From: Eledone cirrhosa | Taxonomy: Eukaryota | Length of the DNA stretch: 64,000 bases | Reading direction: 5' to 3' | NCBI GenBank assembly: GCA_964016885.1 | Contig: OZ024741.1 | Location: 127,906,001 to 127,970,000 of the forward strand | In this document: positions 27,803-41,129 of the stretch, one piece after another | Layout: every line of letters starts with the position of its first letter | Numbering within the stretch: position 1 is the first letter of the stretch | The notes under the pieces: generated by a model | What the model saw: only the letters and a program-made list of their open reading frames with translations | What the model was told of the DNA's origin: nothing | The model's database searches: none | Position numbers and translations under genes: made by a program

Positions 27803-28143
27803 ATGTATGTATGTATGTATGTATGTATGTATGTATGTATGTATGTATGTATGTATGTATGTATGTATGTATGTATGTATGTATGTATGTATGTATGTAT
27901 GTATTCACACAATCTCTCTATATAAATCATCGATGATAAAATCATGAGAATCCATTTAACTAAACTTCACACACGCTTATATATATGTGTGTGTCTGCGT
28001 CTGTGTGTGTGTGTGCGTGTATGTGTGTGTATGTGCGCGCGTGTATGTGTGTGTATGTGCGGGTGTGTGATGTGTGTGTGATGTGTGTGCTGTGCGTGCA
28101 TATATGTGTATAAATGTATACACACATATCTCTCTCTCTGTCT

Positions 28144-28191
<48 letters not shown>

Positions 28192-28288
28192 AAGAATATA
28201 TATTTATACTCTGCTATGGATTGAGTACCTTACTTACTGTGGTTACCCCCTATTGAACCCGGGATACACACACACACACACACACACA

Positions 28289-28390
<102 letters not shown>

Positions 28391-28414
28391 TGTATATATA
28401 TATATATATATATA

Positions 28415-28484
<70 letters not shown>

Positions 28485-28713
28485 GAATATCGAGAATCGG
28501 AATATCAGCCCACGAAATCACGATAAACAATATCCGACATGTGGCAGAGGGCTCAATAGTTTGGATAAACCAGAGCTATAACTATCGTTAAATTACCAAC
28601 ACATAGAGAGCATGCCTAAAATCACCTGTGCAGCCGAAAAAGAACGACCAGGAAGATTCGGGTCACTCAAATAAAATATCAATAAATTAATAAATTAAAT
28701 GAATGTAAAAAAC

Positions 28714-28903
<190 letters not shown>

Positions 28904-28996
28904 GGATATATATATATATATATAAAAATGGATAGAATGAAACGAAATTTCATTTCTCACTCTTAGTACGGCACTTACTTAAATGTAAGTATGTAA

Positions 28997-29034
<38 letters not shown>

Positions 29035-29299
29035 CGTCGTAGGGTCTATAGCGTAGTTAGAACTCCATGTAATCCGTTAGCAAGTATTTCAGTGAGATCC
29101 AGAGATTGGTTCCGTGTTTCGCCGAGTCAATCTTTTAGATACAGAGTCTGATATAGTAGATATTAGTTTAACAATGATAATGATAACAAAAGCAAGTTAT
29201 TTTACATAGTCATTTCATTGTTTTACGATCGTTTCGGAGGGTTGATCATATTGATATATTGATTGATCCATAGCAGTTAGAGAACTGTATATTATCACA

Positions 29300-29425
29300 A
29301 TTGTTTCTGAAGAAGACGGTATAATCGAACCTATATATTATGTCTGATAGTATACGGTTCTCTAACTGCTATAAATCAATCAATATATCAATATGATCAA
29401 CCCTTTGAATTGATAGTAAAACAAT
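29300..29425 (+). ncRNA. Degenerate hammerhead-like motif with long stem II region
   Basis: ATTGTTT-CTGAAGA...GAAT-TGATAG-TA-AAACAAT has a perfect stem I. The mirrored arm keeps the canonical GAAA-CGATCG-TA-AAACAAT with a palindromic stem III. Confidence 0.5.
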
Positions 29426-29460
29426 GAAATTAATATGTAAAATAACTTGCCATTGTTATT

Positions 29461-29630
29461 GGCAGTATTGGTAGAGCGTCGGACGCCATGCTTTGCAGCA
29501 TAGAGTTATGCTCCTTTACGGTTCAAATCCCGCTGAGGTTAACTTTGCTTTTCATCCTTAGGGGGTCGATAAAATAAAGTACCAGTAATGTACTGGTTTA
29601 TTTGCTGGCCTTGTGCCAAAAGTAGAAACA
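29461..29630 (+). mobile_element. tRNA-derived SINE with Nin/Deu-like central domain
   Basis: A-box-like GGCAGTATTGGTAGAGCG, B-box-like GGTTCAAATCCC, core CTTTTCATCCTTAGGGGGTCGATAAAATAAAGTACCAG. Flanked by GTTATT direct repeats. Same family as 41130-41746. Confidence 0.8.
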
Positions 29631-29825
29631 GTTATTATCATTGTTAAACTAATATTTAATATATATCTATATCTATCTATCTGTACTATCCACGGGGTGT
29701 AAAACAACCCCCCACTAACGTTCCCCCCTATTGGGGATTTCGATTGTTTTATTTTGTATATAGTTTATTGTTATTCATTATTATTGTGTAATGTCCCATT
29801 TTTGTACGCCCTTGTGGCAAATAAA

Positions 29826-29930
<105 letters not shown>

Positions 29931-30302
29931 AGGGAGCAGAGAAAGAAATCAAGTGGTTGGTAGAAATGTAAATTCTGGGACATTTGTTGAAGGTTCTTTT
30001 CCATTCCTTTAAAAGCTATTGTACCACACGCACACACATACATACATCCATACCACCACACATGCACCCGCATACACACACACACACACACGCACACATA
30101 AACACATGTGTATTAACACACACACACACACGTACACACACATTTCTATGTATATATATATATTATGGCAGCCATGCCATTAGGGCAACACTATAGTTTC
30201 CCGTTTATATCCGAGTGGATATTGAATCTGTGTAAAAACTAATGGTAGAGTAGTGGACTGAATAAACATACAGAAACACACGACATTCCCCGCCCCCCAT
30301 AT

Positions 30303-30337
<35 letters not shown>

Positions 30338-30391
30338 ATATATATATATATATATATATATGGGGGTGGAAGAAGATTGAGTGTCATGTGT

Positions 30392-30457
<66 letters not shown>

Positions 30458-30590
30458 ACATATATGTATATATATATGCATATTTATGTGTTTATATATA
30501 TATATATATACGAATCTATATATATGTGTGTATGTGTGTGTATGACTGTTTTCTTTGCCAACCAACATTCATTTAACAAATCCTATTCCA

Positions 30591-30707
<117 letters not shown>

Positions 30708-31081
30708 ACACAAACGCACATGCATACATATATACACATACTACACTCTCCTCTATCACAATCTCTGCCCCTGCCACCCATCTCACCCTCTCCTCCTCCC
30801 ACTCTCTCTCTCACACCTTTCCACAACACCCATCTCATTATTCCACCCTTTATCATGTCAGACGACACTCTGTTTATTTAGTGTTCCCTTCCATTTTAGC
30901 AGTCGCAAAAATATTCCCTCCCTCCATCACCCGAACCTTCCAACAGGGACGCCGCCATTTTTCCATTCCACATCATTCCATATACACACGCACACGCACG
31001 TACATACACGTACACACACAAACATACACACATGTGTGCGCATTCACATGCACAAAACAAAACACACATGCACACACACAT

Positions 31082-31120
<39 letters not shown>

Positions 31121-31218
31121 CGTGTACACATACATCCACATATACATATATCCATACACGCATATATATGTGTGTATATATATATATATATACATACACA
31201 CACACGCGCGCGAGCGCG

Positions 31219-31269
<51 letters not shown>

Positions 31270-31939
31270 ATGTGTGTGTGTGTGTATGTGTGTGCGCGTG
31301 TCCACAGCAAAGTTACACACGAAAAAAATAAAAGGAAATACATGGGAAGAATGAACAAAAGCATTATCCCCTCGCCAGCCACCCCTGGGCAAAGCAATTT
31401 CGTGCATAAAGATGGTATTGCATAATATTGCGTCCATAATATACACATGTTTGTAAATATATATATATATTCTTTCCGGTGTTTTTTTCCATTGTCTTTG
31501 TCCTGTGTGCTCCCTATTTTTAATTTTTATTCTAAAGACTTAGTCATACGGGCTTTTTTAAAAAACTATCATATAATAGACATCACACCACACGGCCTGT
31601 TTTCCTCTGCTCTCCCTTCTTGCTTTTTCTACGCTTCAGTGTCCTTTTTCTTTGTCTGCGGGTTGGACTACAGTTCTTATTTTCTTCTGTTTTACTATTT
31701 TTACTCTTCTATATTTTTTCTCCTTTGTCTAATCCCTTGTGCACTCTATATTTGTGTAATTTGCCTAAAGGCATAACTTGTCTTTACCTGTTTTGTTATA
31801 TCCCAGTGTGCACTGGAATAAATGATATTGACCTTAATAACCGAAACCGTAATGATTTCTAAAGGTTGACTGAGGTGATGGGACTGTCCGTCTTTCCGTT
31901 GTTTTTACATTGTCTCATGCTTATGCGCTTCCTATTTTG

Positions 31940-31975
<36 letters not shown>

Positions 31976-31987
31976 AACAAACAAAAA

Positions 31988-32054
<67 letters not shown>

Positions 32055-32339
32055 ACATATATATATATTATTATTCATGCATGTACATTTATTACGCTAC
32101 CCTAGGTTTCAAGGAATAAGCGCGGAAAGCATTTTCAGACTGTACACGGAGGTGCAGAACACATAAATCAGATCCATGCGCCGTAAATGTCTTCGAGTGT
32201 AGAGGCAATTTGTCTGAATGAAATTTCTGGCGAGATCTGTGCATAGCGGACATAACCCAAGAAAATTTTAATCTATCCTCAAAGGGAAGAGACTCTTGTG
32301 TGTTCTTGAGAAGCTAGTGGTGTGATATGTTGTGATGTC

Positions 32340-33616
32340 CACAAAGTTAAAGATTGAACTGCTTTCGAAATCGATCTTCAAGATTTAACCTCCAGCATTA
32401 AATCCCGTAAGTACAAAAACCCTTCGAAAATAAATGGTATTAACATTTTTTAATCATCTAGAAATATTTTGTCTTCTCCGATGAAACTATGAGCCTACAT
32501 GAAACAGACATAGTCAATTTATCCTAAACAATATAACTAATAAATACCAGAAATCTAGAACAGACGCTTATAACAATATTAATGATGAAGCCACGGAAAT
32601 TGCAGGAAAGATTGACACTAGAGAAGAATGCTTAAATAAACGTTTTGCCTTTATCATGTTGAATGACCAAAAACCTGATTTTATCAACAGACCCAGCTGC
32701 AGATTGCTAAACCCAGCTAGAACAGAATTAGGACTAACCAGTAAGAACATTTTAAGAGAAATTAATGTACGCTCCAAGGGCAACACTTATTACAGTGGGG
32801 AAACACTTCGTCTGAGATATACTGGTTTAGAGATATTCTTCCGAAAACAAAAAGGGACTAGGTTCACACAGTTTGATATAGTAGACATTTATCCTTCCAT
32901 TTCTAAGACACAATTATCTAAGGCTTTCTTAGAGTTCGCCTGTAGATTTAGTTACATTAGCAACCAGGATTTCTTAGTTATTATGCATGCCCGACAGAAC
33001 CCCCAAGTGGATGCGCGTGGCCTAATAGTAAGAATGTTGGACTTACGATCATAACGTCGTTGGTTCGTTTCCTGGGCTGGGTTTTATGTTGTGTTCTTGA
33101 GTAAAACAATTCATTTCACGTTGCTCCGGTATACTCAGCTGAAAATAAGTACCAACAGTAGCTGGGCATTTAACCCTGCGATGGACTGGCGTCATGCCCA
33201 GAGTGGGTGGGGATGATCTTTACCCACAGTCGCTTTTCGCCACAGAAACCGGGATAAGCACCGGTTTGATGAGCTTCTGGGCTCGGGACAGACTTTAGAT
33301 TTAGAAAAGACCCTCCTGTTTAACAACGGGTCCATATGGGTTAAAAAAACTTGACACAAGGGTTTCTTTGATGTCTTGATTGAGTCGTACGACAGCGTTG
33401 AGGTGTGCGACAAGGTTGGTTTATATATTCTTCATACATTAAGTGTAAATTCCCCAATCACACTATTGGTCTATACCGAGGTGATGGCCTTTGTATATCA
33501 CACAATTGCAATGGAAAATCCCTAGATAAATTTTGTAAGGATTTAATAAATCCCTTCACACTCAAGGACTTAAAATTACTTTAGATACAAACCTTTCCAA
33601 TGTCAATTTCCTCGAG
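32340..33616 (+). mobile_element. Naiad-type Penelope-like element RT pseudogene fragment
   Basis: Frameshifted peptides AFEIDL, NITNKYQK..INDEATEIA, AFIMLNDQKPDFINRPSCRLLNPARTELG, FDIVDIYPSIS, HAR/KTLLFNNG, SYDSVEVCDKVGLYIL, IGLYRGDGL and NVNFLE appear in the PLE RT motif order. Confidence 0.85.
33007..33303 (+). mobile_element. tRNA-derived SINE inserted in the PLE RT
   Basis: Head GCGCGTGGCCTAATAGTAAG..GGTTCGTTTCC, conserved centre TTGTGTTCTTGAGTAAAAC..AACCCTGCGATGGACTGGCGTC, tail ACAGAAACCGGGATAAGC..CAGACTTTA. It splits the RT between HAR and KTLLF. Confidence 0.75.
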
Positions 33617-33620
33617 TTAA

Positions 33621-34298
33621 GGTGGCAAGGGATATGCACCGATGAAAGAGTCTGTCCACATCGCGAGACTCATTCTTATGGATGGCTGTTTCCATCTCTA
33701 TTGAAATGAGTCAGGCGATTGTTTGGGGGACCCAGGGCGCCAGATGCCAGATGTTTTCATCGCTATGTGTTCGACAAGAAAGCTATCAGTCGACATTTTA
33801 ATGTATTTGTATTCGTTTAAATCAACGGACAGCATTACAGTCAGATCAAGCGAGTTTAATCGTAAAATTTCAACGGAATTGCAGGCTTGTTATTTATAAA
33901 AAGCCGCCATGTCGTATCAAATGAAACACGATGGTTATCTGTCATCGTTTGACAGTATTATTTAAAGCAGACGACAGCTCAGCACCGACTGAAGGAAACA
34001 TTCACCGGACAGTTGGCCAAATGTACCGAGATAACACAATAGAATAGAAATTACACTGTTGTCATCTTCAGAGACGAAAAGAACAAACAGCAACATCGAG
34101 ATTTGATTTTCAGCTTTCAACCTTTCCAATCTTGTTCAATTGTTCTTGTAAAATGTCTGACTTCACACCGGAAGCGGAAGGAGTCATTCATTCATCAGAA
34201 ATTTCTCTCTAACATCAAAGTCGATATAGCTGCTTCAGATCCGGCCCAAGTACTCGTGTATATACACATAGGGAAAACTTGCCACCCACCACCACACC
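33621..34298. mobile_element. Putative non-autonomous DNA transposon with TTAA flanks and short TIRs (Kolobok/Crypton-like)
   Basis: TTAA|GGTGGCAAG at 33617-33629; CTTGCCACC at 34278-34286; CACC|TTAA at 34295-34302. It interrupts the PLE RT right after FLE. Confidence 0.45.
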
Positions 34299-34401
34299 TT
34301 AACAGCCACCTCTCTTCAATTTCTCCATACGCTGTTATACATACATACACAAATCTATCTATCTATCTATCTACACTTTGTATATATATATATATATTAT
34401 A

Positions 34402-34458
<57 letters not shown>

Positions 34459-34536
34459 AATATAAATATAAATATATATATTTATAAATAAATAAATATA
34501 TACATACATACATACATACATACATACATACATACA

Positions 34537-34608
<72 letters not shown>

Positions 34609-34907
34609 TTTTTTCTGCTTTCTCTTTTTCTCTCTACGTCTCTCTGACTCTTTCTGAACCCACTTTCTGTCTGTCTGTCTCTATTTCATTCAGTTTCTCG
34701 AAATTCTAATATCTGTTCACCACAAAAGCAAGAAGACTTTTCGCTTCTGTTCTGCTCTCCCTTTAATTCATGTATGAATGCTTTATAATAATAATAAGGT
34801 TTGTTTGAAATTTGAAGGTAAATGTTGCCGCTTTGTATTGTAAACGCCGTACTTGCCGATCTTGTAAATAATGGAACGGACAAAGCCGACTAAACTTGCA
34901 CTTTTGC

Positions 34908-34986
<79 letters not shown>

Positions 34987-35029
34987 ATATATATATATAT
35001 TTGCGTGCGTGTTTATATATATATATATA

Positions 35030-35113
<84 letters not shown>

Positions 35114-35191
35114 TATATACATACATATATATTTATGAGTGTGTATATATGTGTGGGTGCGTGTGTGTGTATGCGTTTGTATATACATCCA

Positions 35192-35282
<91 letters not shown>

Positions 35283-35354
35283 ATATATATATATATATAT
35301 ATGTGCGTGCGTGTTTATATATATATATATATTATATATTATATATATATATAA

Positions 35355-35420
35355 TTGTTTCTACTTTTGGCACAAGGCCAGCAATAACTCAGTGTATTAC
35401 TGGTACATTATTTTATTTTA
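35355..35420 (-). mobile_element. SINE 3' fragment (Nin/Deu-like family)
   Basis: ttgtttctacttttggcacaaggccagcaat..cagtgtattactggtac matches the 41130 copy. Confidence 0.7.
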
Positions 35421-35428
35421 TACACGCA

Positions 35429-35486
<58 letters not shown>

Positions 35487-35568
35487 GACATCCGAAAATC
35501 ATTATTATTTTTCATATATATATACTTATATATATACATATATACATACATGCACACGCACAGCACAT

Positions 35569-35649
<81 letters not shown>

Positions 35650-36262
35650 CACACATACATATATATATGTGTGCATATAAAGTTGGAGGATAATGATCAC
35701 AGCGTCATTGTATGTATATAAGCATCTGTGCGTGCATGAATGTGTGTGCACGCGTGAATATGTGTGACCATGTGTGTGTGTGTTTGTATGTGTGTGTGTA
35801 TGTGTGTGTGTGTCTATGTGTGTTTGTGTGAGACTATCTGCGTGCACAAACGAATCTGCATGTGTCTCTTGTACTATAATCAGTTATGAACACACACGCA
35901 TTGCGTGTGTATATGTATATATATATATATATTGTGTATATATATTAGAGTGTGTATGTGTGTGAGTGTATGTATGTGTGTCTGTGTGAATGTGTGTGTA
36001 TGAGTGTGTGTGTTGGGGGGGGGGTGCCATTGTTCTTGATCGGTTAACTATTTGTAGTGAATATGAGGTCGGTCCCGGGTTGCAGGACACGACCTGGTGT
36101 GAGGACAGATATTATTGTAAAGTTTACAACACAGAAAGTTTGGATCATCTAAGTGACGACGGAGATTTGTTAGGCTGTAAATGCTTTCGCTGAATTCAAA
36201 CACATCGCAAAAGATTCGTTTGTTAGACGCCATTTTGAACTTCAAGCAGTGCCTGAATCATC

Positions 36263-36306
<44 letters not shown>

Positions 36307-36334
36307 CACAGACACACAGATACACACACACACA

Positions 36335-36381
<47 letters not shown>

Positions 36382-36668
36382 ACGCACAAACACACATACA
36401 CGCACAAACGTACATACACGCATAAGAACACAACACGCACACACATATATATACACACATACAGGCAGAAACACACACACGCACACACACACACATACAT
36501 CCATACATAATACTTACATACTTACATACATACATACATAAATACATATACACACACATACATCCATACATAATACTTATATACGTACATACACACATCC
36601 ATACATACATACATACATACATACATACATACATACATACATACATACATACATACATACATACTTAC

Positions 36669-36699
<31 letters not shown>

Positions 36700-36718
36700 C
36701 ATACATACATACATACAT

Positions 36719-37132
36719 GGTGGCTGCCAACTCGTTTTCGAGTACGGCCACTACTTTATATCCATGTAGGAGAACCCCTACCAATGGGCTGAACGAGTGT
36801 GACTTTTTAGTCCAGCCAACGACTTGAAAACTCTGGTACAAAGACTACACTTGTGACAATTATTGACACTTAGTGCTGGGCCCATGGTACCATGTGACGA
36901 CAAGTGCAGAGAGATATCCAGATATAAAGCAATGCCTGTGCCGTGAAGCTTTTATAGTGAGCAAAGGCACTGCACAAAGCCAGTCCCACTCTCTTAACCA
37001 AGATGATATTTACCAAAAAGAAGAACAAGTCAACATCATTGGATACCATCAGAGTTGCAGGTGTTATATCAGAGTTTTCCTTCTCCTAGAATTCTGCCTT
37101 GACAAAGGCTAAGGGGTCATCTCTCCCGGAGA
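36719..37132 (-). mobile_element. Bipartite non-autonomous RTE-derived retroposon (copy B)
   Basis: Reverse complement of 27183-27584 (the ORF-track peptides at 27191- and 36873+ are almost identical). Flanked on both sides by (CATA)n. Confidence 0.72.
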
Positions 37133-37205
37133 TACATACATACATACATACATACATACATACATACATACATACATACATACATACATACATACATACA
37201 TACAT

Positions 37206-37309
37206 GATGGCTGCCCCCTCGTTATCGAGTATGGCCATTGCACGAGGAGAAATAAAAAATTAAAAAATAATAATAATAATAAATAAATAAAAAGAAAATA
37301 AAAAAAAAG

Positions 37310-37392
<83 letters not shown>

Positions 37393-38946
37393 CACATATA
37401 CACACACACACATATACACACACACATACATTAATAACAATAATAATAATAATAATCATAACAACAATAATAATAACGACAACAACAATAATAATACACA
37501 TATACATATATATATACACACACACACACACACATAAGCATATCTACACACACACACACACACGATAGCAACTAACAGCGCTGCGATCGAATGTGGCCCT
37601 TTAGCCCAGCCAATGATCTAAAATGTCTTGCACAGAGTCGGCAACCAAAACATTCACAGGGAATAGTCGGCTGTGGTTGGAGTTCGTGTACTTTTGCATG
37701 TCGCTTGAGCCCTCCTGCTGATTTACATTCTCTACCACATGTTTGTCAAGCATGATGAGTAGCATCTCCAACAGCAGCCTGGTAGTCAACCACTGGTCTT
37801 ACTTTATGACTGCGAAGATGACTTTCGAGTCCAGCTTTGCTTAGGCAGAGTCTCGCACATACGCTGCATGTCAGCACCATAGGAGGACCCTCGCCGTCTG
37901 GAAGTGCAACAGCAATGCCCTTCCTCACATCCCGCTTTACTTTCTCGTATGCGATTCGAGATGCCTCAAAGGCAACTTTTCCCTCATATACAGTCTTTCT
38001 CCATTTATTACGATCAGCAGCAATATTCTCCCATGTATCAGCAGAGATGTTAGCGTCTTTCAGAGAGGCTTTCAAGGAATCCTTATACCTCTTTTTTGGT
38101 TTATGTGGTGGTCGTTTTCCTTTAACCAACTCGCCATAAAAGAGTTGTTTTGGTATTCTAGAATCCTTCATCCTGGCAAGGTGATCACTCCAACGGAGTC
38201 GTTGCTTAAGCACAAGAGCTTCTATACTGTCACACATAGAGCTTTCCAAAATCTCGACATCACTGATGTGGTCCCTCCAGTGAACGCCATGGATCCGTCT
38301 GAGACACATCTGATGGAAACGCTCCAATTGCTTAAGGTGGTGTCAATATGTGACCCAGGTCTCGCAGGCATAAAGAAGACAAGAGAGCACACATGCCCTG
38401 TACACCTTTACCTTTGTCCTCCTGCATATATCTCGCCGACCCCAGAGTCGCCTTTCTAGCTTTCCGAAAGCATCACTTGCTTTCCTAATCCTAAGTGAGA
38501 TTTCACTGTCAAGGTTGCTGTATCGATTGACAGTGCTTCCCAGGTAGACAAACTGATCAACCACTCCAAGTCGTTTGCCATACACATAGATGTTTGGTTC
38601 AGTGTACTGCTTACCAGGGGCAGGTTGGTACATGACGACGGTTTTCTTGAGACTGACAGTCAGACCTAGGGCAGTGCAAGCGTCAGAAAATGTATTCAAA
38701 ATGTGCTGCATATCACTCTCTGTGTGCGCTACAAGATCGCAATCATCTGCATACAAGAGGTCTCTTATGATTGATGTAAATACTTTTGTCTTCGCAGCAA
38801 AGCGCCTGATGTTAAATATGCTGCCTGAGGTTCGATATCGGATGTAAACACCATGCTCGCAATTCCTGAATGCAATACAGAAAACCATTGCAAAGTATAT
38901 GGCAAACAGGATCGGTGCTGGAATATTCCCCTGTTTCACTCCATTT
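37206..38946 (-). mobile_element. 5'-truncated RTE (BovB-like) LINE pseudogene: RT C-half, three C2H2 zinc fingers and 3' end
   Basis: [53 protein letters not shown]. In-frame TGA stops lie at ~38343 and ~37746 and the frame ends at 37572. The probable 3' terminus is at 37206-37246, beyond an expanded microsatellite. Confidence 0.92.
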
Positions 38947-39058
38947 TTGGGTTCCGGGTTAGATGCCACTGTGTGGCATTATAGGCAAACATCATTTACC
39001 AAGGGTTCGGGTCAGCCTATGCTTTGTGAGGTAAGCTGAGTAAATGGAATGTTTGGAA
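38947..39058 (+). repeat. Inverted copy of SINE segment 40116-40227 fused to the RTE 5' break
   Basis: 112 bp, near-identical reverse complement of 40116-40227. Confidence 0.85.
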
Positions 39059-39221
39059 TACATACATACATACATACATACATACATACATACATACATA
39101 CATACATACATACATACATACATACGGTGGCAGTGCCCCATGGAGTCGGTACCCCACATAGCCTTAACCCATCGGCTGAAACGCAAATAAGTAAATAAAT
39201 ACAAAAATAGATACATAAATG

Positions 39222-39542
39222 CACACTGAACCTCCGTCGGTTCCGACGACGAGTGCTCCAGTTGTTTGAGAACCCTGCTCCTGAAACAACGAGCAAGTTA
39301 CTGAGCATCCCACAAACAGGTGAACCTGTAACACAATTCTCAGGTCGATTCACCGTGACACAGTGTGTGACATGACTGATCCATTGAATTATATGTACAA
39401 CACATTTTTACCAGCTGAGTGGAGTGAAGCCTCATGAAATAAAGTGTCCCCTCCCCCTGGGACACAAAGCGACGCCGGAAATAGACCGCGTGACCTTGTG
39501 ATCGTAAACCCAACACAGTAACCACTAAGCCACGTGCCTTCA
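39222..39542 (-). mobile_element. tRNA-derived SINE, near full length
   Basis: Minus strand reads GAAGGCACGTGGCTTAGTGGTTA (A box)...CACTCAGCTGGTAAAAATG...GTCACACACTGTGTCACGGTGAATC...CTCGTCGTCGGAACCGACGGAG, which resembles the abundant octopus SINE as recalled. Confidence 0.72.
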
Positions 39543-39726
39543 CACACATTCCTATCTACATCAATACGTACACATACACATACGTACAGACGCGCATACA
39601 TACAAAGATATGTACATATGTACGTACATAGAAATACACACTCACACATACATAAACACATACACACACACCCCCACACAGACAGACACACAGTCACACA
39701 CACACATTCACACACACACACACACA

Positions 39727-39779
<53 letters not shown>

Positions 39780-40007
39780 GTGTGTGGGTGTGGGTGTATA
39801 TGTGTGTGTGTGTGTGTGTGTCTGTGTTTATGTATGTGTGAGTGTGTATTTCTACGTACGTACATATGTACATATGTTTGTATGTATGCGCGTATGTACG
39901 TATGTGTATGTGTACGTATTGATGTAGATATGCATGTGTGTGAAGGCACGTGGCTTAGTGGTTACTGTGTTGGGTTTACGATCATAAGGTCACGCGGTCT
40001 ATTTCCG
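39476..40007. repeat. Fold-back inverted duplication, ~195-bp arms
   Basis: 39476-~39672 is the reverse complement of ~39812-40007. The arms include the SINE head plus its flank, and the spacer is (CA)n/(TA)n/(TG)n. Confidence 0.9.
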
Positions 40008-40263
40008 ATCAACGGAATAGCCTACTTCTGAAAATTAACGTGCAAATGACTAATTATTCTACAGACACGTGTGACAACGCTGACCCACGGAATTGCAGGT
40101 ACAGTTTATTCGAGCTTCCAAACATTCCATTTACTCAGCTTACCTCACAAAGCATAGGCCGACCCGAACCCTTGGTAAATGATGTTTGCCTATAATGCCA
40201 CACAGTGGTATCTAACCCGGAACCCAATGATTGCAAAGCGAACTCCTTGACTATTCGACCATG
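40004..40263 (-). mobile_element. tRNA-derived SINE, 3'-truncated
   Basis: Head GCATGGTCGAATAGTCAAGGAGTTCGCTTTGCAATCATTGGGTTCCGGGTTAGATACC; 3' part CACGTGTCTGTAG..TTGCACGTTAATTT..TTCCGTTGATCGGA. Confidence 0.65.
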
Positions 40264-40335
40264 CGACAGTCATATTATAAAACGTATATATTACAGACTA
40301 GACAATTATTTGGAACAGTGAGAAAAATTCGCGTA

Positions 40336-40465
<130 letters not shown>

Positions 40466-40551
40466 CCGTACATGCATACACACAAATATATGTAATCTGT
40501 GTCTGTCTATCTATTTAACTCTCTCTCTCACTCTCCCCCCCACCCCCCACC

Positions 40552-40584
<33 letters not shown>

Positions 40585-41129
40585 TATATATACATATTTT
40601 TATATATGTATGTATTTATTTATGTACGCGCGCGCGTGTGCTATAAATTACTGAAACAATATGTCCGACAAAAAACGTTTTTATTTCATTCGAGACGTCG
40701 AACGAAACAGAATACCTTTTGTTGTACTCATTGTTTCAATAAAACCTTTTCACTCTCAGCATTGTACTTTGACTACTTCATTCTAAGTGGCCTTACTATG
40801 TTCCCCTATGTTTACATCCAAAATTGTCCCAATTATGTCTAATAAATGGTTCCACATAATTTTACATTGATATTTCCAAAATCGAAAACTCCGAATGTAA
40901 ACCACTTCAGAAAAAACTATAATTTAGGTTTATTAATTATATTTAATTATTGATTTTCCTTTCCTTTCAATGTAGTCGATACATTTGAATTATAGTATGA
41001 AATACGATCCTATTGCAAGAGGACATTAGGATGTAAATAGCAAAACTTTACCCGGAAAGTGCTCTCATTGTTTATGTAACAGCAACAATAACAATAACAA
41101 CAATTTCATTTATTGGCTACAAGTAATAA

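Larger units (their letters stand above)
29160..29655. repeat. Fold-back inverted repeat of a PLE pLTR-like sequence, right arm interrupted by a SINE
   Basis: Left arm 29160-29297 is the reverse complement of 29345-29460 plus 29631-29655. Confidence 0.85.

Noticed and set aside
36027-36263. Short ORF MASNKRIFCDVF... in a unique island
   Set aside because: No recognisable motif or splice context; cannot be supported without a search.
40740-40915. Possible downstream exon of the mucin-like gene
   Set aside because: All minus-strand frames stop within about 40 codons and there is no convincing domain match.
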